In this document: positions 1 through 9,032 of the stretch, one piece after another
Layout of the letters: each line of letters starts with the position of its first letter
Numbering within the stretch: the stretch's first letter is position 1
NCBI GenBank assembly: GCA_964540995.1
Contig: CAZIOU010000001.1
Span: 6,742-70,741, forward strand
DNA: 64,000 nucleotides
Direction: 5' to 3'
From: an uncultured Gammaproteobacteria bacterium
GTDB lineage: Bacteria > Patescibacteriota > Patescibacteriia > UBA1558 > 2-01-FULL-52-15
Notes under the pieces: model-generated
What the model saw: only the letters and a program-made list of their open reading frames with translations
Told to the model about the DNA's origin: nothing
Database searches by the model: none
Made by a program: the position numbers and the translations under genes

Positions 1-2991
1 AGATTGGCCAAAGAATCATTACCGTTATTTACTGCTTCAGCTGATTTCACCACCAGCCCCAGCTTCACCAATGCCAAAGTAACAACCTATGACGCTCAAG
101 GCAGACCATTGACCGAAACGACTCCGACCGGCACTACTAGCTATTCTTATGATGGTTTGGTGACAACCATTACCGATCCTCGTACCAAGGTCAAGAAATT
201 GACCAATGATGCTTTCGGCAATCTGGTCAAAGTAGAGGAGTCAAATAGTGGAGCCACCTATACCACCAACTATGAATATAGTCTGACCAATAAGCTCAAG
301 AAGATTACTGACGCTCTGGGCAATATCCGTACTTTCACTTATGACGCTCTGGATAATCTCACCCAGCAAGATATGGTACACACTGCTGGCACGAGCAATC
401 CAGGACATTGGACCTATACCTATGATAAGAACGGTAATGTCTTGAGCAAAGTCGATCTCAAATCCCAAACAAGCAATTACAGTTACGATGCGTTGAACCG
501 TCTCTTGACGGAGAATTTCACGGGCAAGACCGGTACCGAATACACCATGACCTATGATCAAGGTACCAAGCAGCTCGGACGCTTGACTCGCGTGGTTGGT
601 AATGATGGTCTCACGACAGTCTATACCTACGATCCACAAGGCAAACCTCTGACAGTTGTGAGAACGATCGATGGTACTAGTTATACCTTAAGCTACGCCT
701 ATGATTGGAATGGCAACGTTACCTCTATTACCTATCCTGAAGGTGAACGTATCGATTATCTCTACAATGCGGTTGGTCAGATCAATCAGGTGAATAAAGT
801 GAAGAATGGCACGACTACAGTATTAGCTTCTGGTGTCACGTACACGCCGATGGGACAGATCGCTCATCTGCAGCGTGGTAATAATGTCACCACGGATTAT
901 ACCTACGATGCCAATCAGAATTATCGGCTGACTCGTATCCGTACTGTCAGTGGTTCGGTCGTGCTGCAAGATATTGCTTATACCTACGATGCTAATGGTA
1001 ATATCCTGACGATCGTCGATAGTTCACAGACAGCTTTGGCTAAGAACGTCGCTTATGGTTATGATGATTTGAATCGTTTGATTTCAGCCACTGTCACCAA
1101 CTCTGGTTCCGGTGCCAATTATAGTCATACTTATAGCTATGACGCTATTGGTAATATTCTCTCCAGTACACCAGTGGGTAGCTATACCTATACCTTGAGT
1201 AATCCTCATCAAGCTCGTACCGCTGGCTCGACTACCTTGACCTACGATAACAATGGCAATGTAGTCTATATCAATCAAGATCATCAGAGTTACGATTGGC
1301 GCGATCGCATGACCTATAGTGCTGTCGCTGGATCGGCCGATCATACTGAATATGTCTATGATCATGCTAACCAACGAGTCAAGAAACACACGGTAGTCTA
1401 TACTTCGGGTGGCGGAGGAGTCGATTGTGAGAATCATCCAGACCAATGCCCCGATCCAATCTTCGGTATCCCCAGAGAATTACCGCCGGTAGTGACACCA
1501 CCGCCTGGGAAGCTGCCTTTGCCGATTGAAGTGATTGTGCCGACGACGGATGGAGAGGGGCAAGATTCAATAATCAATAATCAAGACTCAAACAATATTC
1601 AAGTTCCAAGTTTCAATAATCAAACAGGAGAGGTGACTGCGCAGACGGTGGAAACAGAAAGTACTTCGACTGCTCCTATATTGACTGTGGAGCCAGTAGA
1701 ACCATTACCAATAGGTATTTTCGAGGCGCCAACTACTACCCCTCAGCCAGAGGCTGATATTGACCCTGTAGTCATACCAGAGCCAGTAGTGATAGAACCA
1801 CTGCCTTCAATGGAAGATGTGGCGACTACGACCGACCAATCAGCCTTATCTCTTGAAAATCCCACCCCAGACGCAGCTCCTGCAGCCCAAGACATTGCTA
1901 CCTATTATATTGATAAATACTACGAGAAAGAGTGGAATGGTGTCGCTCGAAATCACTATTTCTTAGGTAATATCAACCTAGCAGTAGAGCCTTTATCTGG
2001 CCCAAATAGTGGTATATACTATGTCTTGACTGACCACCTTGGTTCAAGTTCTTTGACTACCAATAGTTACGGCAATATGATAGACCGTACGGAGTACACT
2101 CCTTATGGTGCTATCGTAGCTACTGCCACCACCCAAGATATTGGCAATAAGTATAAGTTTACTGGTAAGGAGCTTGATGGAGAGACTAACCTGAGTTACT
2201 TCGGAGCGAGGTACTACAACCAGGCGGTGGGACGGTTTATGGCGGTCGATCCGGCGCTGCAGTTTTTGACAGATCCAGAGAAATTGAAGGGTATTACTAA
2301 CGGTGATCAACGAAAAATTCTTTCAGATCCACAAAATCTAAATGAATATTCGTACGCCAGAAATAATCCCGTTCTACTTGCAGATCCGGATGGTCAGTTT
2401 GTATTCCTAGTCCCCTTTATTGCAATGTATGCTGTACCTATTGCTATAACTACCGTAGCTATGATTGGGTCTATGTATGCCACTGCTGAGTTTAGTCAAG
2501 CCGTTGGTTATACTATGGAAAATGATTATAAAAGCTCACAACAACATATTGATAATGGTATGGTTACTCTGGCAATGACAGGATCGGGCGTAGGCGCAAT
2601 ATATGAAATGGGCAATTACAATCAAAATCTAAGAGATGAGAATGCACGAGCTGAGGCGAAAGCAAATGGAATGCCATACGAACATATAAAAAATGTTCAG
2701 CCTGATACATATATTAAGAGTCAGCTCGATAAAGCAAGTGGTAAAATAGTTAACGGAAATATTGTTGTACCGGAGGAGTATAGTGTTAGACCATCCAACC
2801 TTGGTATGGGTACGAGATATGTTAGTACTTCGAACACGAGTTATAGCTTACGACTCTCCCCTGGCAATAGTACTACTCCATACCCATATATAAGAGTACA
2901 TACCCCACAAGGTTATGTTAATATATATGGAGAACCTACCGGATATAGAGCCGAGGAGAGTCATATGAGAATCTTTTCAATAACTAAATAG
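1..2991 (+). CDS. RHS/YD-repeat polymorphic toxin (5'-truncated by window)
   Basis: Many YD repeats, RHS core (TDHLGSS..., YKFTGKELD, YFGARYY, NNPVLLADPDG cleavage motif) and a variable AT-rich C-terminal domain. Confidence 0.93.
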   Translation, partial: RLAKESLPLFTASADFTTSPSFTNAKVTTYDAQGRPLTETTPTGTTSYSYDGLVTTITDPRTKVKKLTNDAFGNLVKVEESNSGATYTTNYEYSLTNKLKKITDALGNIRTFTYDALDNLTQQDMVHTAGTSNPGHWTYTYDKNGNVLSKVDLKSQTSNYSYDALNRLLTENFTGKTGTEYTMTYDQGTKQLGRLTRVVGNDGLTTVYTYDPQGKPLTVVRTIDGTSYTLSYAYDWNGNVTSITYPEGERIDYLYNAVGQINQVNKVKNGTTTVLASGVTYTPMGQIAHLQRGNNVTTDYTYDANQNYRLTRIRTVSGSVVLQDIAYTYDANGNILTIVDSSQTALAKNVAYGYDDLNRLISATVTNSGSGANYSHTYSYDAIGNILSSTPVGSYTYTLSNPHQARTAGSTTLTYDNNGNVVYINQDHQSYDWRDRMTYSAVAGSADHTEYVYDHANQRVKKHTVVYTSGGGGVDCENHPDQCPDPIFGIPRELPPVVTPPPGKLPLPIEVIVPTTDGEGQDSIINNQDSNNIQVPSFNNQTGEVTAQTVETESTSTAPILTVEPVEPLPIGIFEAPTTTPQPEADIDPVVIPEPVVIEPLPSMEDVATTTDQSALSLENPTPDAAPAAQDIATYYIDKYYEKEWNGVARNHYFLGNINLAVEPLSGPNSGIYYVLTDHLGSSSLTTNSYGNMIDRTEYTPYGAIVATATTQDIGNKYKFTGKELDGETNLSYFGARYYNQAVGRFMAVDPALQFLTDPEKLKGITNGDQRKILSDPQNLNEYSYARNNPVLLADPDGQFVFLVPFIAMYAVPIAITTVAMIGSMYATAEFSQAVGYTMENDYKSSQQHIDNGMVTLAMTGSGVGAIYEMGNYNQNLRDENARAEAKANGMPYEHIKNVQPDTYIKSQLDKASGKIVNGNIVVPEEYSVRPSNLGMGTRYVSTSNTSYSLRLSPGNSTTPYPYIRVHTPQGYVNIYGEPTGYRAEESHMRIFSITK

Positions 2992-2993
2992 AT

Positions 2994-3362
2994 ATGAATA
3001 TTAACGATTCTTCAAAAAAATTAATCAAGGAGGTTATTGAAACCTTTGCGTCTGAGGAAATTCAAAATCGAGCCTGGTTAAAGAAAGATCCTAAAATTCT
3101 TCTGGATCCTGAGGATTTTTTCGAGTGGTTCGGGGATATAGGTATCACAAAGAATGCAAAACCTGATTATTTGACGCAAGAGGAATGGGAATTAATAAAT
3201 AATTTCTTGAATGACCAAGAGAAATTTATTAATGATTATGGTGATTATGTATTTAATAATATAGGTCGCCATCTAGAACGGATGTTGACATTTGACCCAT
3301 GGATCGATTTTCGTGGCAAAGCTCAGAAAGTATTATTCGAGTTAGAGAAGTTGGGTTGGTAG
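2994..3362 (+). CDS. Putative immunity protein for the RHS toxin
   Basis: 122 aa acidic/aromatic AT-rich ORF starting 2 nt after the RHS stop. Confidence 0.7.
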   Translation: MNINDSSKKLIKEVIETFASEEIQNRAWLKKDPKILLDPEDFFEWFGDIGITKNAKPDYLTQEEWELINNFLNDQEKFINDYGDYVFNNIGRHLERMLTFDPWIDFRGKAQKVLFELEKLGW

Positions 3363-3412
3363 AATTTTAATCTACTATCCTATGTATTGATTGATCACCT
3401 TGGCTCTAGTTT

Positions 3413-3688
3413 TTGGTTCAAAACATAATTTGTGATTCCTATCAAAAAACCCTCAAATCCCCAGAATTCCTCCCCCTAGGAATTCTTGTGGTTGTCGGCC
3501 TTATCTTACGCTTCTGGAATCTCGCTATCACCGAAGTAGCCTTCGATAATGCTACCAATACTTTTCGTGCGGTGGGATGGTCTGGGATCCAGGCTAGTTT
3601 CGAGGCGCAAGGTATAACGCCGAAACAAATTATCCCTGACAGTCTGGGCGCCGAAGCCTTCCGAGTATATTTCGTCGCACTGCGCTAG
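3413..3688 (+). pseudogene. Internally deleted remnant of a GT-C/ArnT-like glycosyltransferase
   Basis: LRFWNLAITEVAFDNATNTFRAVGW resembles the N-terminus, and IPDSLGAEAFRVY the C-terminus, of ORF 56780-58480. Confidence 0.55.
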
Positions 3689-3722
3689 TCAGAGCGAAGC
3701 AAACTTGGTATAATAACCAAGT

Positions 3723-4172
3723 ATGAGCCCTGTCAAAGACAAGAAAAATATTATTCCTGCCAACGTTGCCTCTGCTCACAGAGTTCGACGTTTTTTTGTT
3801 GCTATTATTCACCAACAGTCATTCACCTTTCTCTTGTTAATACTAGTTATCGTTGGATTAGCTAGTTATTTCTATCCGGCCAGTCTCAAGCCATCGCAGC
3901 AAGCGCATATTGGAGATACGTTGGGTTGTAGCACTGCCAAAGCTAGTGATCGTCTGAAACAAACCCAGCTAAGAGCCAGCGATCAGCTCAAAGTACTGAT
4001 TAGTTTCCGTCAACAACCAAGTGCAGAGCAGATTCAGGGCTATGCATCACAAGGTATTACCTTATACCCTGATTCTTGGCTGTTTGATTATCTGATGGGC
4101 GAGACTTCCTATAGCCATCTATGCAATCTGTTATCTGATAACGCTATTACGTACGTTGATCTCGTAAACTAA
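3723..4172 (+). CDS. Hypothetical single-TM protein
   Basis: 149 aa ORF with one hydrophobic helix; stop overlaps the pgk start. Confidence 0.7.
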   Translation: MSPVKDKKNIIPANVASAHRVRRFFVAIIHQQSFTFLLLILVIVGLASYFYPASLKPSQQAHIGDTLGCSTAKASDRLKQTQLRASDQLKVLISFRQQPSAEQIQGYASQGITLYPDSWLFDYLMGETSYSHLCNLLSDNAITYVDLVN

Positions 4173-5332
4173 TGAAATTACGCACTCTCAAAGATATCAA
4201 GTCAGTCCGCGGACAGCGCGTATTGATCCGTCTCGATCTCAATGCGCCAGTTATCGGTGGTCACCTCGAATCGTCGGATTTGTGGAAATTACGAGCCTCG
4301 ATTCACACGGTAGAACATTTGGCCGAGCACGGTGCCAAGGTGATCATTGTGTCACATTTTGGTCGTCCGGACGGCAAGAAGGTTGTTGCTACCAGCTTAC
4401 GACCCATTATTCGTAAGTTTAGTCAGATGGTGGGGCGACCGATTGCACTCTGGTCAGATCATCCATCCAAGCTGGAAGCGAGAAGTAAGAAGCTAGAAGA
4501 AGGTCAGATAGTTGCCTTGGAGAATATTCGCTGGTATCCAGGGGAAGAGAAGAACGATCCTACGTTTGCCAAGACTCTAGCAGCGTTAGCAGACATCTAT
4601 GTTAATGATGCTTTCGGTGTTATTCAGCGCACGCACGCTTCGACTGTCGGCGTAGCCAAACTAGTGCCTTCGTATGCTGGATTTTTGCTTGAATATGAAG
4701 TCAAAGCGCTGTATAATGTAGTATCCCGTAGTAAACGGCCTATTGTTGTAGTTCTGGGAGGATCCAAGATTAGTACCAAGCTAGGACTGCTCAAAGTACT
4801 CCTAACCAAAGCTGATTTCATCCTTCTCGGTGGCGCTCTTGCCAACAATGTCTTGCAGGCGCGAGATGTCGAAGTCGGTAAGTCGCTGATCGATAAGGAC
4901 GCCAAGCTGTTACGGCAGTATATTTATAGCAATAAGCTCAAAGTCCCGATTGATGTCCGCGTAGCTACTTCACGTACGTCCAAGAGTCGGCTGACAGCGG
5001 TGTCACAAGTACGCAGTAACGAGATAATTTATGACATCGGCCCAGATACAGTCGAGTGGTATGCCAAAGTATTGCGTCATGCCAAGACCGTGATCTGGAA
5101 TGGCCCGTTAGGCTTATTCGAAGATCCGCGTTATGGTGCGAGTACACGGGAGCTGATCAAGATTTTGGCGCTGTCACAGGCCAAGGCCTACGTCGGCGGA
5201 GGAGAGACAGTCAAAGCTGTTTTGCAGTCGCGCTTGGAAGATAGTTTGCACTTTGTCTCGACCGGTGGAGGCGCGATGTTGGCCCTGCTAGAGAAGAATG
5301 ATTGGTCAGCGTTGAAAGTGTTGAAGAAGTAG
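4172..5332 (+). CDS. pgk: Phosphoglycerate kinase
   Basis: RLDLNAP, SHFGRP, LENIR, DIGP, WNGPLG, VSTGGGA motifs. Confidence 0.97.
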   Translation: MKLRTLKDIKSVRGQRVLIRLDLNAPVIGGHLESSDLWKLRASIHTVEHLAEHGAKVIIVSHFGRPDGKKVVATSLRPIIRKFSQMVGRPIALWSDHPSKLEARSKKLEEGQIVALENIRWYPGEEKNDPTFAKTLAALADIYVNDAFGVIQRTHASTVGVAKLVPSYAGFLLEYEVKALYNVVSRSKRPIVVVLGGSKISTKLGLLKVLLTKADFILLGGALANNVLQARDVEVGKSLIDKDAKLLRQYIYSNKLKVPIDVRVATSRTSKSRLTAVSQVRSNEIIYDIGPDTVEWYAKVLRHAKTVIWNGPLGLFEDPRYGASTRELIKILALSQAKAYVGGGETVKAVLQSRLEDSLHFVSTGGGAMLALLEKNDWSALKVLKK

Positions 5333-5334
5333 AT

Positions 5335-5448
5335 CGTTATTCGTTATTCGTTATTAGTTATTAGGGAGAACTCTCTTCCCGAATAACTAGTAACTAATGA
5401 CTAATCACATTCCCCAAATAACAAATAACTAATAACTAATAACTAATT
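5335..5448. repeat. AT-rich 7-nt-periodic inverted repeat
   Basis: cgttatt x3/agttatt, then taataac-type units flanking a gggagaactctcttccc hairpin. Confidence 0.8.
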
Positions 5449-5450
5449 CT

Positions 5451-6203
5451 ATGAACCAACTGACAGCCTGGCAGAAAACGTTACTTATCGTTACTGCCGC
5501 CTTCTTCCTACTCATGGGAGGATTCGTCAAATTACGCGAACTTAATTTTGTCGGTAAATCGCCTGATTTCCAGCCTACTATTTACGTCAGTGGCGAAGGT
5601 AAGGTGCAAGCCGTGCCTGATGTGGCCAAGATTAGCTTCGGTTACACAGTAACCAAGCCAACAACTGCCGAAGCCCAGAAAGATAATACCGACAAAATGA
5701 ATGCCTTCATCGCTGCCGTCAAGAAGGAAGGTGTCAATGATAAAGATATTAAGACTGCCAATTTCAATATCTATCCTGAATATAACTATGTTGATGGTCG
5801 ACAAGTACCTCGTGGTTATACCGTTAATCAGAATGTCGACGTGACCTTACGCGACACTTCCAAAGCGCAACGTCTGATCCAGCTGGCTGGTGAACAGAGT
5901 TTGAATCAAGTCGGTGGACTCAATTTCGTCGTCGATAACCAACAGAAATATTTAGACGAAGCGCGCGCTATTGCTCTTAAGCAAGCCAAAGCCAATGCCG
6001 AATCGATCGCCAAGAATGCCGGCTTCCGCTTGGGTCGTCTGATGAACTATTCCGAAAATACCCAACCCTATCCACAGCCAATGTACGCTGATAAAGGTGC
6101 TATGGGTATGGGTGGTGCCGCTTCGGTCCCAGCTCCAACCATCGCCGTTGGTAGTAACGAAATCTACGTTCAAGTCAGTCTAAATTACGAAATCAAGCAG
6201 TAA
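5451..6203 (+). CDS. SIMPL (DUF541) domain protein
   Basis: IYVSGEGKVQAVPDVA, IKTANFNIYPEYNY, AKANAESIA...LG motifs. Confidence 0.92.
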   Translation: MNQLTAWQKTLLIVTAAFFLLMGGFVKLRELNFVGKSPDFQPTIYVSGEGKVQAVPDVAKISFGYTVTKPTTAEAQKDNTDKMNAFIAAVKKEGVNDKDIKTANFNIYPEYNYVDGRQVPRGYTVNQNVDVTLRDTSKAQRLIQLAGEQSLNQVGGLNFVVDNQQKYLDEARAIALKQAKANAESIAKNAGFRLGRLMNYSENTQPYPQPMYADKGAMGMGGAASVPAPTIAVGSNEIYVQVSLNYEIKQ

Positions 6204-6210
6204 AACCGGC

Positions 6211-7488
6211 ATGCCGGATACTATCAAGCGCGTCACAGCCAGTGAGATTCTCGATTCGCGCGGCAACCCTACAATTGAAGTCACAGTAGAATTGCAAAGC
6301 GGTATCGGAGCTAAGGCTTCGGTACCGTCTGGTGCGTCTACGGGTGCAGCGGAAGCCTTGGAATTGCGCGATAATGATCCTAAGCGTTATGGTGGCCAAG
6401 GAGTGCTTCGAGCTTGTCATAATGTGGAGACAGAAATCAATCAGGCGCTACAAGGTGTGCGTGTCACCGAACAGAAGAAGATCGATGATTTGATGCGTCA
6501 GCTTGATGGTACGCCCAATAAGTCTCGTCTCGGCGCCAATGCTATCCTCGGCGTCTCGCTGGCTTGCGCTCGCACTGCCAGTAAATCGTTAGCTGTACCT
6601 TTGTATCGTTATATCGGTGATTTGATCGGCAACAAACATTTCGTCTTACCGATCCCACTGATGAATGTGATAAATGGAGGACTGCACGCCAGCACCAATC
6701 TCAATATTCAAGAGTTCTGGGTCATCCCCAAGCAGCAGACTAGTTTCCATGATCGACTGCGTTGCGGTAGTGAGATTTTCCAGCATCTTGGTACGATCTT
6801 ACGTCAGGCTGGCCGTGATACTGACCTGGGCAACGAAGGCGGCTATGCGCCTGATCTGGATAGTCATAAGCAGGCTTTTGAGTATTTACTGCAAGCGATT
6901 GAAAGTTCCGGCTATCAGGCTGGTCGGGATTGTTACTTAGGTATGGATGCGGGTGCTTCGGTATTTTATAACGTTGATAAAGCAACCTACAGTTTGAAAT
7001 TAGAAGATAGTGAATTTACTCGTGATGAATGGATTGAGTATGTCATGAATCTGTTACACACCTATCCTATGGCCGCTATCGAAGATCCGCTAGCCGAAGA
7101 AGATTGGACCAGCTGGCAACTACTGACTCAGCAAGTGAAAGAGAAGTTTCCGCAGCTACAACTCATTGGCGATGATCTATTTACGACCAATGTTACGCGA
7201 CTACAGAAAGGTATAGATATGGGTGTTGCTAACGCCATATTGATCAAACCCAATCAAATCGGCACCTTGAGTGAGACCTTAGACTGTATTACACTAGCCA
7301 AGAAGCAGGGTTATCAGACAGCAGTATCGCATCGTAGCGGTGAGACAATTGATAGCTTCATTGCTGATCTCGCGGTCGGCGTAGCGTCAGAGTTTATCAA
7401 GACAGGTTCAGTAGCTCGCGGTGAGCGTTCCGCCAAATATAATCGACTGTTAGCGATCGAACAAGAACTCTATGGCATCCAACGATAA
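6211..7488 (+). CDS. eno: Enolase
   Basis: EILDSRGNPT, VPSGASTG, LIKPNQIGT, SHRSGET. Confidence 0.98.
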   Translation: MPDTIKRVTASEILDSRGNPTIEVTVELQSGIGAKASVPSGASTGAAEALELRDNDPKRYGGQGVLRACHNVETEINQALQGVRVTEQKKIDDLMRQLDGTPNKSRLGANAILGVSLACARTASKSLAVPLYRYIGDLIGNKHFVLPIPLMNVINGGLHASTNLNIQEFWVIPKQQTSFHDRLRCGSEIFQHLGTILRQAGRDTDLGNEGGYAPDLDSHKQAFEYLLQAIESSGYQAGRDCYLGMDAGASVFYNVDKATYSLKLEDSEFTRDEWIEYVMNLLHTYPMAAIEDPLAEEDWTSWQLLTQQVKEKFPQLQLIGDDLFTTNVTRLQKGIDMGVANAILIKPNQIGTLSETLDCITLAKKQGYQTAVSHRSGETIDSFIADLAVGVASEFIKTGSVARGERSAKYNRLLAIEQELYGIQR

Positions 7489-9031
7489 AAAATTATGTGT
7501 CTTGGTAATTGTTGACGGGTGGGGTATCGGCCCGGCCGCCAAAGGTAATGCTATTACCACTGCCAAGTTGCCGCACTACCATCAATTGGTGAAGAAATAT
7601 TCCTATACCACCTTGAAAGCTGCCTCCAAATCAGTTGGTTTACCAATGGGACAAGAAGGTAATTCTGAAGCGGGTCATATGAATATTGGCGCTGGTCGCG
7701 TGGTGGAGCAGGATGCGGTAGTTATTTCCAAAAGTATCAATAATGGCACTTTTTTCCGCAACCCGGCCTTCATGGGAGCTTTGGCTCATGTCCAGAAATA
7801 TAATTCTGATGTTCATCTGGTTGGTATGATTACCGGCAATCAGAGTGCGCATTCTGACCCGGATCATTTGATTTCGCTCATAACCCTTTTCAATCGCAAG
7901 AAAGTACGTAATGTCTATCTGCACTTATTTACTGATGGACGCGATGCTCCGCCGTACTATGCTCAGAAACTTTTCCAATCCTTTCACGGTGTTTTCAATT
8001 CGTATGCTACAGTGGCGACGGTCATGGGACGCTTCTATGGTATGGATCGCAAGAAAGAATGGTCCCGCACCCAATTGGCGTTCGACGCCATGGTGTCTGG
8101 CAAGGGGCTCAAAGAAACAACTCCTGAAGACGCGGTACTTCATGCCTATGCTCGCGGTGAGAGCGATGAGTTTATCAAACCAACGATTATTGTCGATGAG
8201 GCGGGTAAGCCCAAGGGGCTGATCAAGAATAATGACGCCGTAGTATTTTTCAACTTACGATCTGATCGTGCTCGGCAAATGTGTAAGCCGTTTGCCCAGA
8301 CCGATTTCTACCAAGCCAACAAAGGATCGTTCAAACCAACGGCCAAACCCAAGAATCTGTTCCTCGTGGCCATGACTGATTTCGGTCCTGACATGCCCAA
8401 ATTGATGACTGCCTATCCCAGCCGTGAGATTGTCGAGACGTTACCGATGTCACTGCCGGGATACAGGCAGCTAGCGATCGCTGAAAGTGAGAAGTTTGCT
8501 CACGTGACCTATTTCTTCAACGGCGGCTATGACCATATCGTGGCTGGTGAAGCGCGCGAGATGATACCATCACCCAACCTGAAACATTACGAAGATGAAC
8601 CTTTGATGAGTCTGGATAAGACGACAGCTCGAGTGGTAACGGCTATTCAGAAGCGAGAGTTTGATTTCATCGTCATGAACATTGCCAACGCCGATATGAT
8701 AGCTCACAGCGGTAAATTCTGGGCCACGGTCAAAGCTTGCGAATATACTGATGCTGCTCTGGGGAAAATTACCAAAGCAGTTCTGGCCAAAGACGGCATC
8801 TGTATCATCACCGCCGATCATGGTAATGCCGAGATGGTGATCGATCCCAAGACCGGCGAGCCCGAGACTGAGCATTCAACCAATCCAGTGCCTTTCATCG
8901 TGGTCAAATCAGGTCCTAAACTCAAATTACGCAAGAACGGTATCTTGGGTGATATTGCTCCAACAATTTTGGAATTGCTGCAGCTGGAGAAACCGCATGA
9001 TATGACCGGCAAAACTTTGATCACACACTAA
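7472..9031 (+). CDS. gpmI: 2,3-BPG-independent phosphoglycerate mutase (copy 1)
   Basis: DGWG, GNSEAGH, TDGRD, AESEKFAHVTYFFNGG, TADHGNAE. Confidence 0.96.
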   Translation: MASNDKKLCVLVIVDGWGIGPAAKGNAITTAKLPHYHQLVKKYSYTTLKAASKSVGLPMGQEGNSEAGHMNIGAGRVVEQDAVVISKSINNGTFFRNPAFMGALAHVQKYNSDVHLVGMITGNQSAHSDPDHLISLITLFNRKKVRNVYLHLFTDGRDAPPYYAQKLFQSFHGVFNSYATVATVMGRFYGMDRKKEWSRTQLAFDAMVSGKGLKETTPEDAVLHAYARGESDEFIKPTIIVDEAGKPKGLIKNNDAVVFFNLRSDRARQMCKPFAQTDFYQANKGSFKPTAKPKNLFLVAMTDFGPDMPKLMTAYPSREIVETLPMSLPGYRQLAIAESEKFAHVTYFFNGGYDHIVAGEAREMIPSPNLKHYEDEPLMSLDKTTARVVTAIQKREFDFIVMNIANADMIAHSGKFWATVKACEYTDAALGKITKAVLAKDGICIITADHGNAEMVIDPKTGEPETEHSTNPVPFIVVKSGPKLKLRKNGILGDIAPTILELLQLEKPHDMTGKTLITH

Positions 9032-9032
9032 T

